This document shows positions 63,791-64,000 of a stretch of 64,000 nucleotides of DNA, piece by piece. Location of the stretch: the NCBI GenBank assembly GCA_043228905.1, contig JBHGNT010000001.1, forward strand, positions 1,240,001-1,304,000, given 5' to 3'. Each line of letters begins with the position of its first letter. Position 1 is the stretch's first letter. The stretch comes from Azolla caroliniana (lineage: Eukaryota > Plantae > Polypodiophyta). Under the pieces are notes generated by a model that had not been told where the DNA came from, ran no database searches, and was given only the letters and a program-made list of their open reading frames with translations. A program made the translations under genes and the position numbers.

Positions 63791-64000
63791 ATGGAATCAT
63801 CATCTCAAATTGATGCTGCAATGAACTCATCTCAAACTGATGCTGCAATGAACTCATCTTCAATTGATGTTAGTCGTGGGTCAACAAGTAGCTCAAGAAA
63901 AAGGCTACGCACATCATGGACAGATGCTCACATCATATTTTATATGGATAATGGCACACCTCGACGACGATGCCATCATTGCCATGTTTGTTGGTCTTCT
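63791..64000 (+). CDS. N-terminus of a putative hAT transposase with BED zinc finger (partial, runs off the window)
   Basis: ATG follows a TTTTATAG acceptor (63778-63779). MESSSQIDAAMNSSQTDAAMNSSS...RKRLRTSWTDAHIIFYMDNGTPRRRCHHC has a basic NLS-like patch, W...F and CxxC. Confidence 0.65.
   Translation, partial: MESSSQIDAAMNSSQTDAAMNSSSIDVSRGSTSSSRKRLRTSWTDAHIIFYMDNGTPRRRCHHCHVCWSS

Larger units (their letters stand above)
62111..64000 (+). mobile_element. hAT-like DNA transposon, 5' part, inserted in the integrase of A
   Basis: Copia homology stops at 62110. The element begins TAGCAATGGGCAC, followed by dense AACCG/CGGTT subterminal repeats (62123-62310) and a downstream BED-finger-like ORF. 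The other TIR and TSD lie outside the window. Confidence 0.72.

Overview
Eukaryotic plant nuclear DNA, most likely a non-seed vascular plant such as a fern. This is an inference from the long PLS-class PPR, the Tcn1-like chromovirus, and CpG-poor host DNA containing CpG-rich young TEs. Positions 1-39.8 kb are AT-rich. They hold five protein-coding genes (spliced EPF/EPFL peptide, TruA/PUS1-like pseudouridine synthase, ERH and DUF506 genes, plus an intronless PLS-E PPR), a convergent tRNA-Trp/tRNA-His pair and many decayed LINE/LTR relics. Positions 39.9-64 kb are a five-level nested retrotransposon complex, reconstructed from LTR termini and target-site duplications (TSDs): Copia A(+) > chromovirus B(+) > Copia C(-) > non-autonomous LTR element D(+) > related element E(+). 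A hAT-like DNA transposon carrying a PPR fragment then interrupts A. Most notable points: (i) D/E are pol-less, GC-rich LTR elements with 4-bp TSDs and a repeat-rich gag-like protein, and E's primer-binding site (PBS) matches the tRNA-Trp encoded in this window; (ii) B appears to be self-primed rather than tRNA-primed. All coordinates and counts were read by eye; no searches were run.
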